Source of the DNA: Candidatus Zapsychrus exili
GTDB lineage: Bacteria > Omnitrophota > Gorgyraeia > Zapsychrales > Zapsychraceae
Assembly (NCBI GenBank): GCA_030765585.1
Contig: JAVCCJ010000057.1
Location: 1-39,822 of the forward strand
Direction: 5' to 3'
Length of the DNA stretch: 39,822 nucleotides
Shown one piece after another: positions 1 to 9,142 of the stretch. Positions within the stretch are counted from its first letter, which is position 1; every line of letters begins with the position of its first letter. Below the pieces are notes generated by a model that was not told the origin of the DNA, ran no database searches, and saw only the letters and a program-made list of their open reading frames with translations. Both the position numbers and the translations under genes were made by a program.

Positions 1-184
1 CAAAATCAAGACCCATAATTCCGACACCCAAATAAGAGATAACAACAAGGGCAAAGAATACCGTTGCGCCTGTTAGCACAAAAATAAAAAAAGAAAATAA
101 AGAAGAAATTAATACAACATAGCAATTGTAAAGGAGAAAATTACCCTTAGACATCTTACTTGCTGCAATACCTATACGTTCCAT
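1..184 (-). CDS. Hypothetical membrane protein, 5' part (runs off the window start)
   Basis: Manual translation from ATG at 184 gives MERIGIAASKMSKGNFLLYNCYVVLISSLFSFFIFVLTGATVFFALVVISYLGVGIMGLDF, open to the edge and hydrophobic. Confidence 0.7.
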   Translation of the reverse strand, partial: MERIGIAASKMSKGNFLLYNCYVVLISSLFSFFIFVLTGATVFFALVVISYLGVGIMGLDF

Positions 185-257
185 AACAAGCTTATTTTAT
201 CACTATTTTTCTAATGTTAAACTATAAAGAGAAATACTTTGTTTATCGCTTAAGAAA

Positions 258-1046
258 TTATTTATATCTACTTTTAACTACTTTCATTTCACTTCTAGCA
301 ACTTTTATCCTATCTTCAAGATACGGATGACTTCTTAATACCAAAAAACCCCTAAATCCTTTTGATTCTTTTAATAATATATCAAGAACCTCTACTATTG
401 CGCTTGGATTATACCCAGACAAATATAAATACTTAATACCGATTTTATCTGCCTCGTACTCATCTTTACGACTATATGCAGAAAAGATTATGTTTACAAC
501 AAAATCTGCCCCTAAGGAAGCTACTTGCTTTGTCATGTTTGACATTTGGACATTGTTAAAAATAAAGTCTCCGACAAAATCATACCCTAAAGATACCTGA
601 AACTTTTTAACAGTATGTCTTGCGGCGCAATGTGCTACTTCATGAGCTATGACAGATGCTATTTGATCATCCGTAGTTAATTTATCTATAATGCCAGTAT
701 TGACATAAATGTTACCGCCAGGCGTAGTAAACGCGTTTAATTCATCGTTATTTACTAAAAAGAAATTATATTTATAATCTTGTCTATCTGATACGAGGAC
801 AACTCTTTCGCCTATTTTTTGAAGTTTATCTAACTTTTCTTTATCTTTTGAAAACTTAAACTTCTTTTTTAGCTTATTATGGATATCTTCCCCCATCTTT
901 ACCTCTTCATAGGTAGATATTGCAATAAACTCTTTTTTTCCAGTTGCGGGGTTATAAAATGTAGTACAACCTGAAAACAGAAAAATAACAATTAGATTTA
1001 TAATAAAAATTCTTAACGGAGGATTAAAAGGAGTAGCTTTTTTCAT
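258..1046 (-). CDS. M48-family zinc metallopeptidase, probable lipoprotein
   Basis: Lipobox-like FSGC; LNAFTTPGG, HEVAH (HExxH), YSRKDEYEAD and SHP motifs. Confidence 0.9.
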   Translation of the reverse strand: MKKATPFNPPLRIFIINLIVIFLFSGCTTFYNPATGKKEFIAISTYEEVKMGEDIHNKLKKKFKFSKDKEKLDKLQKIGERVVLVSDRQDYKYNFFLVNNDELNAFTTPGGNIYVNTGIIDKLTTDDQIASVIAHEVAHCAARHTVKKFQVSLGYDFVGDFIFNNVQMSNMTKQVASLGADFVVNIIFSAYSRKDEYEADKIGIKYLYLSGYNPSAIVEVLDILLKESKGFRGFLVLRSHPYLEDRIKVARSEMKVVKSRYK

Positions 1047-1654
1047 CTTTCAAATTTAACAACATCTTCCCACCAACGACTACTATCCCACTTTTTTATT
1101 GTTTTCCAAAGTTTTTTAGCTGTCTTTGTCTCTAAATAATCTGGGGCTTTTTTAAAAAATTTCTCAGCTTTTTTATGTCCACTATCATAATATTCTTTTG
1201 CCTGTAGCAGACATTCTAGAATATCAGCATCTCTAGCAACTATGCTTTCATTCGTTTTTTGCGCATCATAATCATCACGAAAAGATATCATTTCTTTTTT
1301 AATGCCACCTTCTAGATCTTTAACCTGATCATCAAACACTTTTCTTTCTGCCTTCTTAAAATCAATATAATAATGCCCCATTTTATGCAAATCATTTATT
1401 CTTGCCTCATGAATATCATTAAAAAGCGCCATCATAACTGATTTATATGGATCAACTCCTTCTGCATGTGCAATATAATACGCCATAATTGCACACCTAG
1501 ATGAATGTTCAGAAACACTTTCAGGGTCCTTTATGCCAGCAACCCACCACCCGCTTCTTTTTACATGCTTAAGCAATCCCGCCTCAGCAAATAAATTTAC
1601 AGCGACTTCTTCTTTTGTCTTCTTATTGTTTATTTTTTTGTTTTGCGATTTCAT
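1043..1654 (-). CDS. HD-domain hydrolase (YfbR/HDDC2-like 5'-deoxynucleotidase)
   Basis: LKHVKRSGW, ESVSEHS and DADILE motifs; the HD position reads ND (FNDIHE). Start moved to MKSQ at 1654. Confidence 0.8.
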   Translation of the reverse strand: MKSQNKKINNKKTKEEVAVNLFAEAGLLKHVKRSGWWVAGIKDPESVSEHSSRCAIMAYYIAHAEGVDPYKSVMMALFNDIHEARINDLHKMGHYYIDFKKAERKVFDDQVKDLEGGIKKEMISFRDDYDAQKTNESIVARDADILECLLQAKEYYDSGHKKAEKFFKKAPDYLETKTAKKLWKTIKKWDSSRWWEDVVKFER

Positions 1655-2348
1655 AACATAATATTGTTGTTGCATGTGCAACGTTAAAAGACAGCGTATC
1701 ATATTGCATAGGAATAAATACTTCTTGGTCTAAATATTTTTTTACGACATTTCTTATTCCTTTTTGCTCTGAGCCTATGACCACCCCTAAATGTTTTGGA
1801 AGCTCTATATCAAATAAAGACTCGCCCTCTCTACTTACTATTGTCCCTAAGATAGAAAACTTTTCATCTTTTGCTATCTTTATAGCATTCACCAAATTAG
1901 AAACCTTTGAAATGCCCACATAATTATCTGCGCCAGACGCTATTCTAAGAACCGTTTCTGTTACTTCAACAGAATCATGTTTAGGAATAACTATTGAAAA
2001 GTTTCCTAAACAAGCAGCGGTTCTTATAATGGCTCCTAAATTTTGTGGATCAGTTATCCCGTCTAAAAACAAAAGAGTCTTTTTTCTTTTTATAGAAATA
2101 TTAATTAGCTCAGAATAATCTACATAAGTATACTCATCAACATTAGCCAATACTCCTTGCGTGTTTTTATTTCTTGCAAGCTTCATCATTTTTGATGGCA
2201 TAATAGAAACTATCTGAATATTTCGCTGCCGAGCTTTCTTGTGAATAGCTGCAAGACCATTTTGTCCCTGCTCTAGAAATATTTTCCTAACACTTCCCGG
2301 ATTAAATCTTAAACGCTCCATTACTGAATTTTTACCATATAATCTCAT
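1623..2348 (-). CDS. rlmB: TrmH/SpoU-family rRNA 2'-O-methyltransferase (RlmB-like)
   Basis: LDGITDPQNLGAIIRTA, VIGSEQKGI, IPM...SFNVAHA SPOUT motifs; N-terminal LYGKNSV domain. Confidence 0.88.
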   Translation of the reverse strand: MRLYGKNSVMERLRFNPGSVRKIFLEQGQNGLAAIHKKARQRNIQIVSIMPSKMMKLARNKNTQGVLANVDEYTYVDYSELINISIKRKKTLLFLDGITDPQNLGAIIRTAACLGNFSIVIPKHDSVEVTETVLRIASGADNYVGISKVSNLVNAIKIAKDEKFSILGTIVSREGESLFDIELPKHLGVVIGSEQKGIRNVVKKYLDQEVFIPMQYDTLSFNVAHATTILCYEIAKQKNKQ

Positions 2349-3079
2349 TTTTTTATCCTAAACCCCAGTAAAAATACTGGTCTTAATATACTCCACCATC
2401 CGACGAAAGGCTTCATCTTTGTATAGCCTAATTCCTTAGGTGGGTAAAATTTTGTAACAGCCGCTTCCTTGTACTTATAGCCTAAAGCAATTGCTTTATA
2501 AATAAGATATGGTTCTAACTCATACTTATCAAGCCATGGCTGCTCTATGTCTATGTTATCATTATCAAAAATTGAAAGCCTAATAGCCCTAAACCCATTT
2601 GTTGTATCTGTAAGTTTTCTTCCCGCAAATAAAGACATCATTGCCGGATGCAACCTAGTTGCTATCTTTCTATAAAAAGGAATATTTCTTCCTGTGCCTT
2701 TTTCTGACTTATAGCGAGAACCTTGAACAAAATCACAACCATCATTTAAAATAGGATCTATAAGCTGCGAAATCTCATCAGGATTATCTTTATCATTTCC
2801 TGCCATAATTACTAAAACTTCGTAACCTTTTTCTTTTGCATACCTGATAGCTGTCTTAATAGCAGCCCCGACACCACTTCTTTTTTCATGCTTTATTGTG
2901 GTTACGCCTTGTTTAAGATAGCTTTCTATCACTTCTGTCGTGCCATCGTCCGACGCGTCATCAATTACCAAATAATCAACCACATCTCTTGATTTGCTTT
3001 TTAGAAATCTTTCAATAACATTTTTTAACTTAACATTTTCATTAAAAGCAACTGGACAAACTAGAACCTTATTCATCAA
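2345..3079 (-). CDS. GT2 glycosyltransferase (polyprenol-phosphate sugar synthase-like)
   Basis: PVAFNE, IDDASDDGT, GVGAA, VQGSRY, DTTNGFRA. Confidence 0.88.
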   Translation of the reverse strand: MMNKVLVCPVAFNENVKLKNVIERFLKSKSRDVVDYLVIDDASDDGTTEVIESYLKQGVTTIKHEKRSGVGAAIKTAIRYAKEKGYEVLVIMAGNDKDNPDEISQLIDPILNDGCDFVQGSRYKSEKGTGRNIPFYRKIATRLHPAMMSLFAGRKLTDTTNGFRAIRLSIFDNDNIDIEQPWLDKYELEPYLIYKAIALGYKYKEAAVTKFYPPKELGYTKMKPFVGWWSILRPVFLLGFRIKK

Positions 3080-3626
3080 TTTCTAACCCTTTTTCTTGTC
3101 TTTTATATTTTTTCTTACACTTGCAAGTCAAATTATCATCTAGTTTTCCGCCACAAAGACAAGCATATCCCTTAAACTTCGCAGGATTTCCAAATACTAA
3201 AGAATATGGCTCAACATCTTTTGTAACAACACTACCTGCGCCGACAAAAGCATGCTCCCCTACTGTTAATCCACAAAGCACAACAGCATTAGCACCTAAG
3301 CTTGCGCCTTCTTTTATTATTGTTTTCTCTAGTTTCCATCCATCTTCAAAATGACTACGAGGGTATCTGTCATTAATAAACGCTATGTTCGATCCTATAA
3401 AGGCGCTATCCTCAATCACTACTCCGTCAAAAATAGACACATTGTGTTTTATAGTTACTTTGTTACCCACAACAGCACCTTTTTCAACAAAAGATCCATC
3501 ACAAATATTACAATCCTCTCCTATAATAGCACCTGATTGTATATGCGTATTAGCCCACACTCTTGTGCCTTTACCTATTTGTGCTCCATCATCTACCAAT
3601 GCTTTTTCATGTTTAAAATAATCCAT
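3069..3626 (-). CDS. Hexapeptide-repeat N-acetyltransferase (WbpD/WlbB-like)
   Basis: Left-handed beta-helix repeats, FINDRYPRS, VFGNPA, C-terminal CLCG...CKC. Confidence 0.88.
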   Translation of the reverse strand: MDYFKHEKALVDDGAQIGKGTRVWANTHIQSGAIIGEDCNICDGSFVEKGAVVGNKVTIKHNVSIFDGVVIEDSAFIGSNIAFINDRYPRSHFEDGWKLEKTIIKEGASLGANAVVLCGLTVGEHAFVGAGSVVTKDVEPYSLVFGNPAKFKGYACLCGGKLDDNLTCKCKKKYKRQEKGLEIDE

Positions 3627-3694
3627 ACACTTCCCTTTATAATAAAAAATTTAATAATATATCTTAAATCTACATCCAAATTAAAATATATTTA

Positions 3695-3723
3695 TTGACA
3701 ACTATGAGTTTATAGGGTATCCT
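3695..3723 (+). promoter_or_regulatory. Sigma70-like promoter, antisense to the surrounding operon
   Basis: TTGACA (3695-3700), 17-bp spacer, TATCCT (3718-3723). Confidence 0.6.
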
Positions 3724-3729
3724 TTAAAT

Positions 3730-3788
3730 ATCACGATGGGCAGGCATGCTAAAGGTTCGTCCTTTAGATACTCTTGCCCTATTTTTTT
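3730..3788 (+). ncRNA. Candidate ~60-nt structured small RNA convergent with the NYN gene
   Basis: Starts ATCACG about 6 nt after the -10 box. Outer stem GGGCAGG/CTTGCCC, inner stem CTAAAGG-TTCGT-CCTTTAG, then a T7 tract overlapping the NYN stop codon. Confidence 0.45.
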
Positions 3789-4281
3789 ACCTTTTTCCTA
3801 TCTTTCTTTCCAATTCATTAATATATAAAAAATATTTCCTATACTTTCTTAAAAGAGATGAATATTTCCTAGGATTAGGAATAAGCACATGACCCAATTT
3901 CTTTTTCTCTTCAAGATATTCAATTAAACAATAAAAATCACCATCACCAGATACTATCATTGCCTTATTATAGTCATCAAAGTGAATCATTGAATGCAAC
4001 ACTAATTCTGCATCAACATTTCCCTTTCTAAAAATTTTCCCATCTTTTTTAATTTCTAATGTTGGTTTAAAAATAACAATATACCCTGCCATCTGCAAAT
4101 ATGTATACAAAGATTCGTTTCCTGCCATGTATCCAATAAACAAAAACGCTTTTTTAATCTTATATTTATCTTTTAAATAAATATAAAAACGCTTAAAATC
4201 CAATGTCCATCCGCAGCCCTTAATGCCTAAATTAAGATTTTGACTATCTATAAAAACATAAGTATTATTTGTTTTATCCAT
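3787..4281 (-). CDS. NYN-domain (LabA/DUF88, PIN-like) putative ribonuclease
   Basis: VFIDSQNL, KGNVDAEL and SGDGDF acidic catalytic motifs. Confidence 0.9.
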   Translation of the reverse strand: MDKTNNTYVFIDSQNLNLGIKGCGWTLDFKRFYIYLKDKYKIKKAFLFIGYMAGNESLYTYLQMAGYIVIFKPTLEIKKDGKIFRKGNVDAELVLHSMIHFDDYNKAMIVSGDGDFYCLIEYLEEKKKLGHVLIPNPRKYSSLLRKYRKYFLYINELERKIGKR

Positions 4282-4292
4282 TTTCTATTTCC

Positions 4293-5306
4293 TTATAAAT
4301 CTACACAAACACCTTTATTTTCTATAGATTGCTGTATGGCACAAAGTGTCTTAACAACATCGGCTCCTTTTTGTGCATCTGATAAATCTGGGCTATCTCC
4401 ATTTTCAACACAATCGATAAAATACTTAGCCTGCGCTTTTAAAGGTTCATTAAAACCTATGTTAGGTATTGTAATGCTTCCCTCTTTTGATAGAAGTTGA
4501 AATTCGCCATATGTTTCGTAAAAAGTAGCTGTTCTCTCGGCATATTTATCATAAAGTTTGATAGGTCCGATATTGTCTAAATCATCCCATACAAGCATCT
4601 TCTTCTCACCTACAATTGTTATTTGCCTTACTTTCTTTGGATCAAGCCAACTTACGTGAATGTTAGCAAGTAAATTGTCAGGATATTCAAGTGTTGCAAA
4701 AGCTACATCCTCTAATGAATTCCCTAAACACTTCTGCCCGCGAGCTGACACATTTATAGGAGAATTATCAAATAGATAATTAAATATTGAAATATCATGC
4801 GGAGCTAAATCCCACAGTGCGTTTACATCATAACGGAATGGACCTAAATTTGTTCTAATAGCATAAGCTGAATGAATTTTTCCCAATTCACCTGACTCAA
4901 TATATTTCTTAATCCAAGTAATACCAGCATTAAAAACAAATATGTGACCGACCATAAGTACTTTGTTTTTTTCTTTAGCTAATTTATTAAGAACATGACA
5001 CTCATCCGAATCAAGAGTCAAAGGCTTCTCGCACAAAACATGCTTACCAGCCTCTAATGCTTCTTTAGTCAGTTTAAAATGTATATTTGTTGGAGCTGCG
5101 ATACAAACAGCATCTATATCAGCGTTATTTAAAATATCTTTATAATCAGTTGTTGCTATGATTTCAGGAAATATCCCCTTAATAATCGCAAGACGCTTTT
5201 CATCTAAGTCTGCGCACATCAAAGACTCTGAATTAGATAATTGAGAAAAAATTCTTACATGATTCGGTCCCCAATGGCCACATCCAATAATACCTACGTT
5301 AATCAA
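4293..5306 (-). CDS. Gfo/Idh/MocA oxidoreductase (WbpB/WlbA-like sugar-nucleotide dehydrogenase)
   Basis: GIIGCGHWG, CEKP, MVGH, WDLAPHD; TTG start. Confidence 0.9.
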   Translation of the reverse strand: MINVGIIGCGHWGPNHVRIFSQLSNSESLMCADLDEKRLAIIKGIFPEIIATTDYKDILNNADIDAVCIAAPTNIHFKLTKEALEAGKHVLCEKPLTLDSDECHVLNKLAKEKNKVLMVGHIFVFNAGITWIKKYIESGELGKIHSAYAIRTNLGPFRYDVNALWDLAPHDISIFNYLFDNSPINVSARGQKCLGNSLEDVAFATLEYPDNLLANIHVSWLDPKKVRQITIVGEKKMLVWDDLDNIGPIKLYDKYAERTATFYETYGEFQLLSKEGSITIPNIGFNEPLKAQAKYFIDCVENGDSPDLSDAQKGADVVKTLCAIQQSIENKGVCVDL

Positions 5307-5359
5307 AGCAACACCTCTTTTCTATCAATATTTATTAATAACTAAATTAATATTAAAGT

Positions 5360-5387
5360 ATTATACTGTTTTAAAGGCATTTTGCAA
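5360..5387 (-). promoter_or_regulatory. Putative sigma70 promoter for the oxidoreductase-NYN-acetyltransferase operon
   Basis: Minus strand TTGCAA-16 bp-TATAAT. Confidence 0.4.
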
Positions 5388-5542
5388 TGTAAAAGAGATT
5401 CGAGCTTACGGCTAATTCCTAAAGAGAACACACCTTAAAACCAAGGGCAAGCCTAGTATTAAGGATTTAGGTTGAATTTGTATTACTTTATAATAGAATA
5501 ACTTTAAGCAATCAATCCAACAAAACGACATTAATCTCAAAT

Positions 5543-5986
5543 ATGCTTAAGCTTTATAAAAAACTACTCTCCTCTTTTTCGCTTCCACAAATAGTACTTA
5601 CTATTGGTCTATGCATTGTTTTGATCTTAAATTGTATTGCAATAGGAAAAGACCTAAGCAAATACCAAAAAATAAAACCTATCTTAAAGAACCAATTTAT
5701 TGGATATATATCTTCATGATTAGAAAACATTCTAAAAGATACAAAGAAAATAGGATATTACACAGACAAAAATCTTAACGATCCAATAAATAACAAACAA
5801 CTATCACAAGCCCAGTTTGTCTTAGCGCCTACTATTATAGATGTGTCTAACCTTAATCATAAATATGTACTTTTTGATTGTTCCTCAAAAGAAGTCGCAT
5901 TTGACAAAATGAAAAAAATCAAAGCCAAGCCTTTTAAAAAGAATAAATTTGGAATAATACTAGCAGTAAGCTCGACTACCAAGTAA
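5543..5986 (+). pseudogene. Membrane-anchored hypothetical protein with an internal TGA (absent from the ORF track)
   Basis: 147-codon frame MLKLYKK...IVLTIGLCIVLILNC...FIGYISS*LENILKDTKKIGYYTD...AQFVLAP...AVSSTTK with a single stop at 5717-5719; ends 16 bp before the next gene. Confidence 0.7.
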
Positions 5987-6002
5987 ACGACAAAAGAATC
6001 CT

Positions 6003-7346
6003 ATGACTTTTATATCAAGCCTAATACCATACATAATTTCATTTCTCGTCGGATATTTCTCGCTAAGATTTCTACTTAAAAATGAAATGAGCATACCTTC
6101 TTCTACTTTCATGTTTTTAAGCGCTGGCTTAGGTCTAGGCATAAGCTCCCAAATTACATTTCTAAGCTTCATCTTATTTAACAAATTAAATATCTATTTT
6201 GTTGTATCAACGAATATCCTAATATTGTCTCTTCTTATTTTAGATTTTGTAATCAATAAAAAAGAAATTATAAATCCTTTGAAGAGTCTAAAAAAAATGG
6301 ACTTCATTAAAGCGACAATATTTATTATTTTCTTATCTCCGGTAGTTTATATGTCGCATCTTTATCCTGAAGGTGGTTGGGATGCTTGGACAGTATGGAA
6401 CTTTAAATCTAAAACTCTGCTGCTGGGGTCGGAGAATTGGCAAAATATATTTGATCCTGTGCTATGGCGCACTAGCCCACATTATCCTTTATTCTTGCCA
6501 TTTATAAATGTATGGGGTTGGTCATTCACTAAAAATGCCCCACAAATAACACCAATATTAACATCAATAATATTTTCTATTATGCTGATTGGTCTTTTAT
6601 TTTCTACAATAAAAGAACTCGTCAGAACAGACTCTTACTTAATACCTGTTATATCGGTTCTCTCTTTGCCTGTATTTATAAAACTTTCTACAAGCCAATA
6701 TTCTGATTTGCTCGTAGGCTTCTACCTTCTTGCTATATTTTATTGTCTTATAATCGTTAAACTTAAAAACTGCAAAAATATTGCTCTTTTGGCTGGTATA
6801 TTTATAGGATTTTTGAGTTTCACTAAAAGTGAAGGATTTGTGACGAGCGCGATTATTCTATTATTATTTCTACCGTTTATATTCTTTAAAAATACTATTA
6901 AAGATAGAAAACAAGTAATAACCTATTTCTTCTTAGCTGCGGCAATATCTCTTATTCCTGCCATTATATTTAAAGTATTTTATGCTCCAGAAAATTTAAC
7001 TTTTATAAATGGGCTTATCTCGGCCAAGCATCCCGCAAGCTTTGAGAGGCTACAAGCCATTCTTTTCTTTTATTGCATAGAACCTGTAACCTTTAAATGG
7101 AATGGATTCTGGATAGTATTATTTCTAAGTATGCTACTTAGCCTAAAAAAATGTTTTGATTCCAACTTTATAATTATACCGTGTTTCCTCTTTATATATT
7201 TTCTAATACTTACTGCCTACTACCTAACAAACACACATTTTGCAATAGCCTGGTGGCTTAAGAACACTTTAACCCGAATTCTTTTTTCTGTGTTGCCTTC
7301 CATAGTCCTATGGGTGAACTTGTGTGTATTTGATAAACAAGAATAA
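6003..7346 (+). CDS. Multi-pass membrane protein, GT-C/ArnT-PMT-like glycosyltransferase
   Basis: Many TM segments; GWDAWTVWNFK, HYPLFLP, YSD and TKSEG motifs. Confidence 0.7.
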   Translation: MTFISSLIPYIISFLVGYFSLRFLLKNEMSIPSSTFMFLSAGLGLGISSQITFLSFILFNKLNIYFVVSTNILILSLLILDFVINKKEIINPLKSLKKMDFIKATIFIIFLSPVVYMSHLYPEGGWDAWTVWNFKSKTLLLGSENWQNIFDPVLWRTSPHYPLFLPFINVWGWSFTKNAPQITPILTSIIFSIMLIGLLFSTIKELVRTDSYLIPVISVLSLPVFIKLSTSQYSDLLVGFYLLAIFYCLIIVKLKNCKNIALLAGIFIGFLSFTKSEGFVTSAIILLLFLPFIFFKNTIKDRKQVITYFFLAAAISLIPAIIFKVFYAPENLTFINGLISAKHPASFERLQAILFFYCIEPVTFKWNGFWIVLFLSMLLSLKKCFDSNFIIIPCFLFIYFLILTAYYLTNTHFAIAWWLKNTLTRILFSVLPSIVLWVNLCVFDKQE

Positions 7347-7427
7347 AAAAACAAAATCTGACTCTGAGTGTCGGTAAAATAAAATGAGGACAGTCCCCAT
7401 CTATTATTACCCAATTATTAAATATCT

Positions 7428-7904
7428 TTATTTAGGTCTTTCTATCTTTAAAACTTTATACTTCAAAGAACCTGCTGGACCATCAATTTCTATTTCTTCG
7501 CCTTTTGCGTGGCCCATCAAGCCTGCGCCAACAGGAGACCTCATAGATAACTTATTCTCCTCATGACTTGCTTCCTCAGGAGACACCATCATATACTTAA
7601 GCTTTTCATCAGTCTTTAAATCTTTTAGAGTTACAATTGCTCCAATATAGATTTTATCTGATGGAATATCTTGATCCTCAATAATAACCACACTACCTAA
7701 ATTATTTTCTGCTTCAGCTATTTGATAAACATTATGAGCTTGTGCTTCTTTTGCAGCATCGTATTCTGCATTCTCAGAAATATCGCCTTGCAGTCTTGCC
7801 TCTTCGATTGCTCTTGATATCTTAATGCGATCTTTTCTAAGCTTTTCTAACTCATCACTTAACTTTTTATAACCAGCTCTTGTTAAATAAACTTCATCAG
7901 CCAT
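7428..7904 (-). CDS. greA: Transcription elongation factor GreA
   Basis: YLTRAGY, GDISENAEYDAAKE, SPVGAGLMG. Confidence 0.95.
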   Translation of the reverse strand: MADEVYLTRAGYKKLSDELEKLRKDRIKISRAIEEARLQGDISENAEYDAAKEAQAHNVYQIAEAENNLGSVVIIEDQDIPSDKIYIGAIVTLKDLKTDEKLKYMMVSPEEASHEENKLSMRSPVGAGLMGHAKGEEIEIDGPAGSLKYKVLKIERPK

Positions 7905-8026
7905 TTTTATTCTCCTTTAAAACAAAAAAATAGGTTTTTTAAATTAAAATACAATAAAAACCTAAGTAATCTGTATTTAATCTGTGCAATCAGCATTGAA
8001 ACAATAAACTTATGAAATCCCGATGC

Positions 8027-8067
8027 AAAAAAATTAGGGACAAACACCTTTGGGTGCGTGCCCCTAA
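8027..8067 (-). terminator. Rho-independent terminator
   Basis: Minus strand TAGGGGCACGCACC-CAAA-GGTGTTTGTCCCTA followed by a T-run, just downstream of the 8083 stop. Confidence 0.7.
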
Positions 8068-8082
8068 ATAATTTAAATATAA

Positions 8083-8316
8083 TTACATACTTTCAGATGC
8101 TTTTGCGATAAGTGGCGATACTTCAGTCACTTCATCTTTAGTCATACGTCCTAACTTTGCAAATCTCCATTCGCCTTCTTGGTTTCTGTTTTCTCTAGAA
8201 AGCTGAAGTTTTTTAGGTCCATCATTATAGGAAAAGACTCCTACTGTAACTCTTGTGTCTTCGAACTCTTTTGATTCTTTAAAAGATGCAACATCTAGTG
8301 TTTGATCATACGGCAT
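8083..8316 (-). CDS. Small protein, possibly PC4/YdbC-like nucleic-acid-binding
   Basis: VGVFSYNDGPKKLQLSRE...KLGRMTKDE resembles the PC4-like fold; strong RBS AAGGAG. Confidence 0.6.
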   Translation of the reverse strand: MPYDQTLDVASFKESKEFEDTRVTVGVFSYNDGPKKLQLSRENRNQEGEWRFAKLGRMTKDEVTEVSPLIAKASESM

Positions 8317-8371
8317 AAAACTTACTCCTTTCGATTTCTATCCCTTAAAATATTGGGATTCTTATTCCAAA

Positions 8372-8662
8372 TTATAAACCAGGAAACCCTGGTAACATTC
8401 CCTTCATTTCAGAAGCTGCTAAACTTTGAGACGCTTTTATTGCTGCATTTAAGCTTTTAAGTATGCTGTCCTGTAAATTCTTTTTATTTTCTATAGTAAT
8501 AAGACTATCATCAATTTCTATAGATTTAAAACATTGTGAACCATTTATAGTTATTTTAACTCCAGAAACCTCATTTACATCTGCATCTGTAACATCTAGC
8601 TTGCGCTTGATCTGATCAGCCTGCTTTTTCATTTCCATCAATTGTTTCATTTTGTCAAACAT
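8372..8662 (-). CDS. ybaB: YbaB/EbfC nucleoid-associated protein
   Basis: MFDKMKQLMEMKKQA, VKITING, LQDSILKSLNAA, MLPGFPGL tail. Confidence 0.85.
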   Translation of the reverse strand: MFDKMKQLMEMKKQADQIKRKLDVTDADVNEVSGVKITINGSQCFKSIEIDDSLITIENKKNLQDSILKSLNAAIKASQSLAASEMKGMLPGFPGL

Positions 8663-8744
8663 TAAGCATTCTCCCTAAAAATATTCTTTAATCTTTTTGT
8701 TCAGCAATCTTATACTTTTGGCTTAGATTTTGCAAGAGTTAATT

Positions 8745-8828
8745 TAAATGAGTGTATAATTTACGAAGCGAAGCGAACATAAGTTATAATCCCGAATTTA
8801 TTCCATACCCAACATATTTCGGGATCTC
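8745..8828 (+). repeat. Dispersed two-hairpin repeat, copy 1
   Basis: TAAATGAG..ATAATTTACG..TAAGTTATAATCCCGAATTTATTCC..TTCGGGATCT; similar to the reverse complement of 22157-22244. Confidence 0.65.
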
Positions 8829-8833
8829 AACAT

Positions 8834-9127
8834 TTATCTTAGCCTTAACCCAATATCCATAAGTGTTGTTACCAAAAACGCCCTTAAGAAAATAATTGCA
8901 AGAAAAGCAAGAATAGGCGATATATCTATACCCATAGGAGGCAAAACTTTTCTTATTCGCTGCAACACAGGATCAGTCATTCTATAAAGAAACTGTACTA
9001 TAGCATTGTATGGATCAGGATTAACCCAGCTAATCAACACACGTATAAGAATAAGCCAATAATATACAGTTAATATAACATCAACTATTTTTGCTACTGC
9101 TATAAAAAGGTTACTAAATATAAACAT
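8834..9127 (-). CDS. yggT: YggT family membrane protein
   Basis: LISWVNPDPYN, TDPVL, PPMGIDISP. Confidence 0.93.
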   Translation of the reverse strand: MFIFSNLFIAVAKIVDVILTVYYWLILIRVLISWVNPDPYNAIVQFLYRMTDPVLQRIRKVLPPMGIDISPILAFLAIIFLRAFLVTTLMDIGLRLR

Positions 9128-9142
9128 ATGTTTTTCCTTTCG

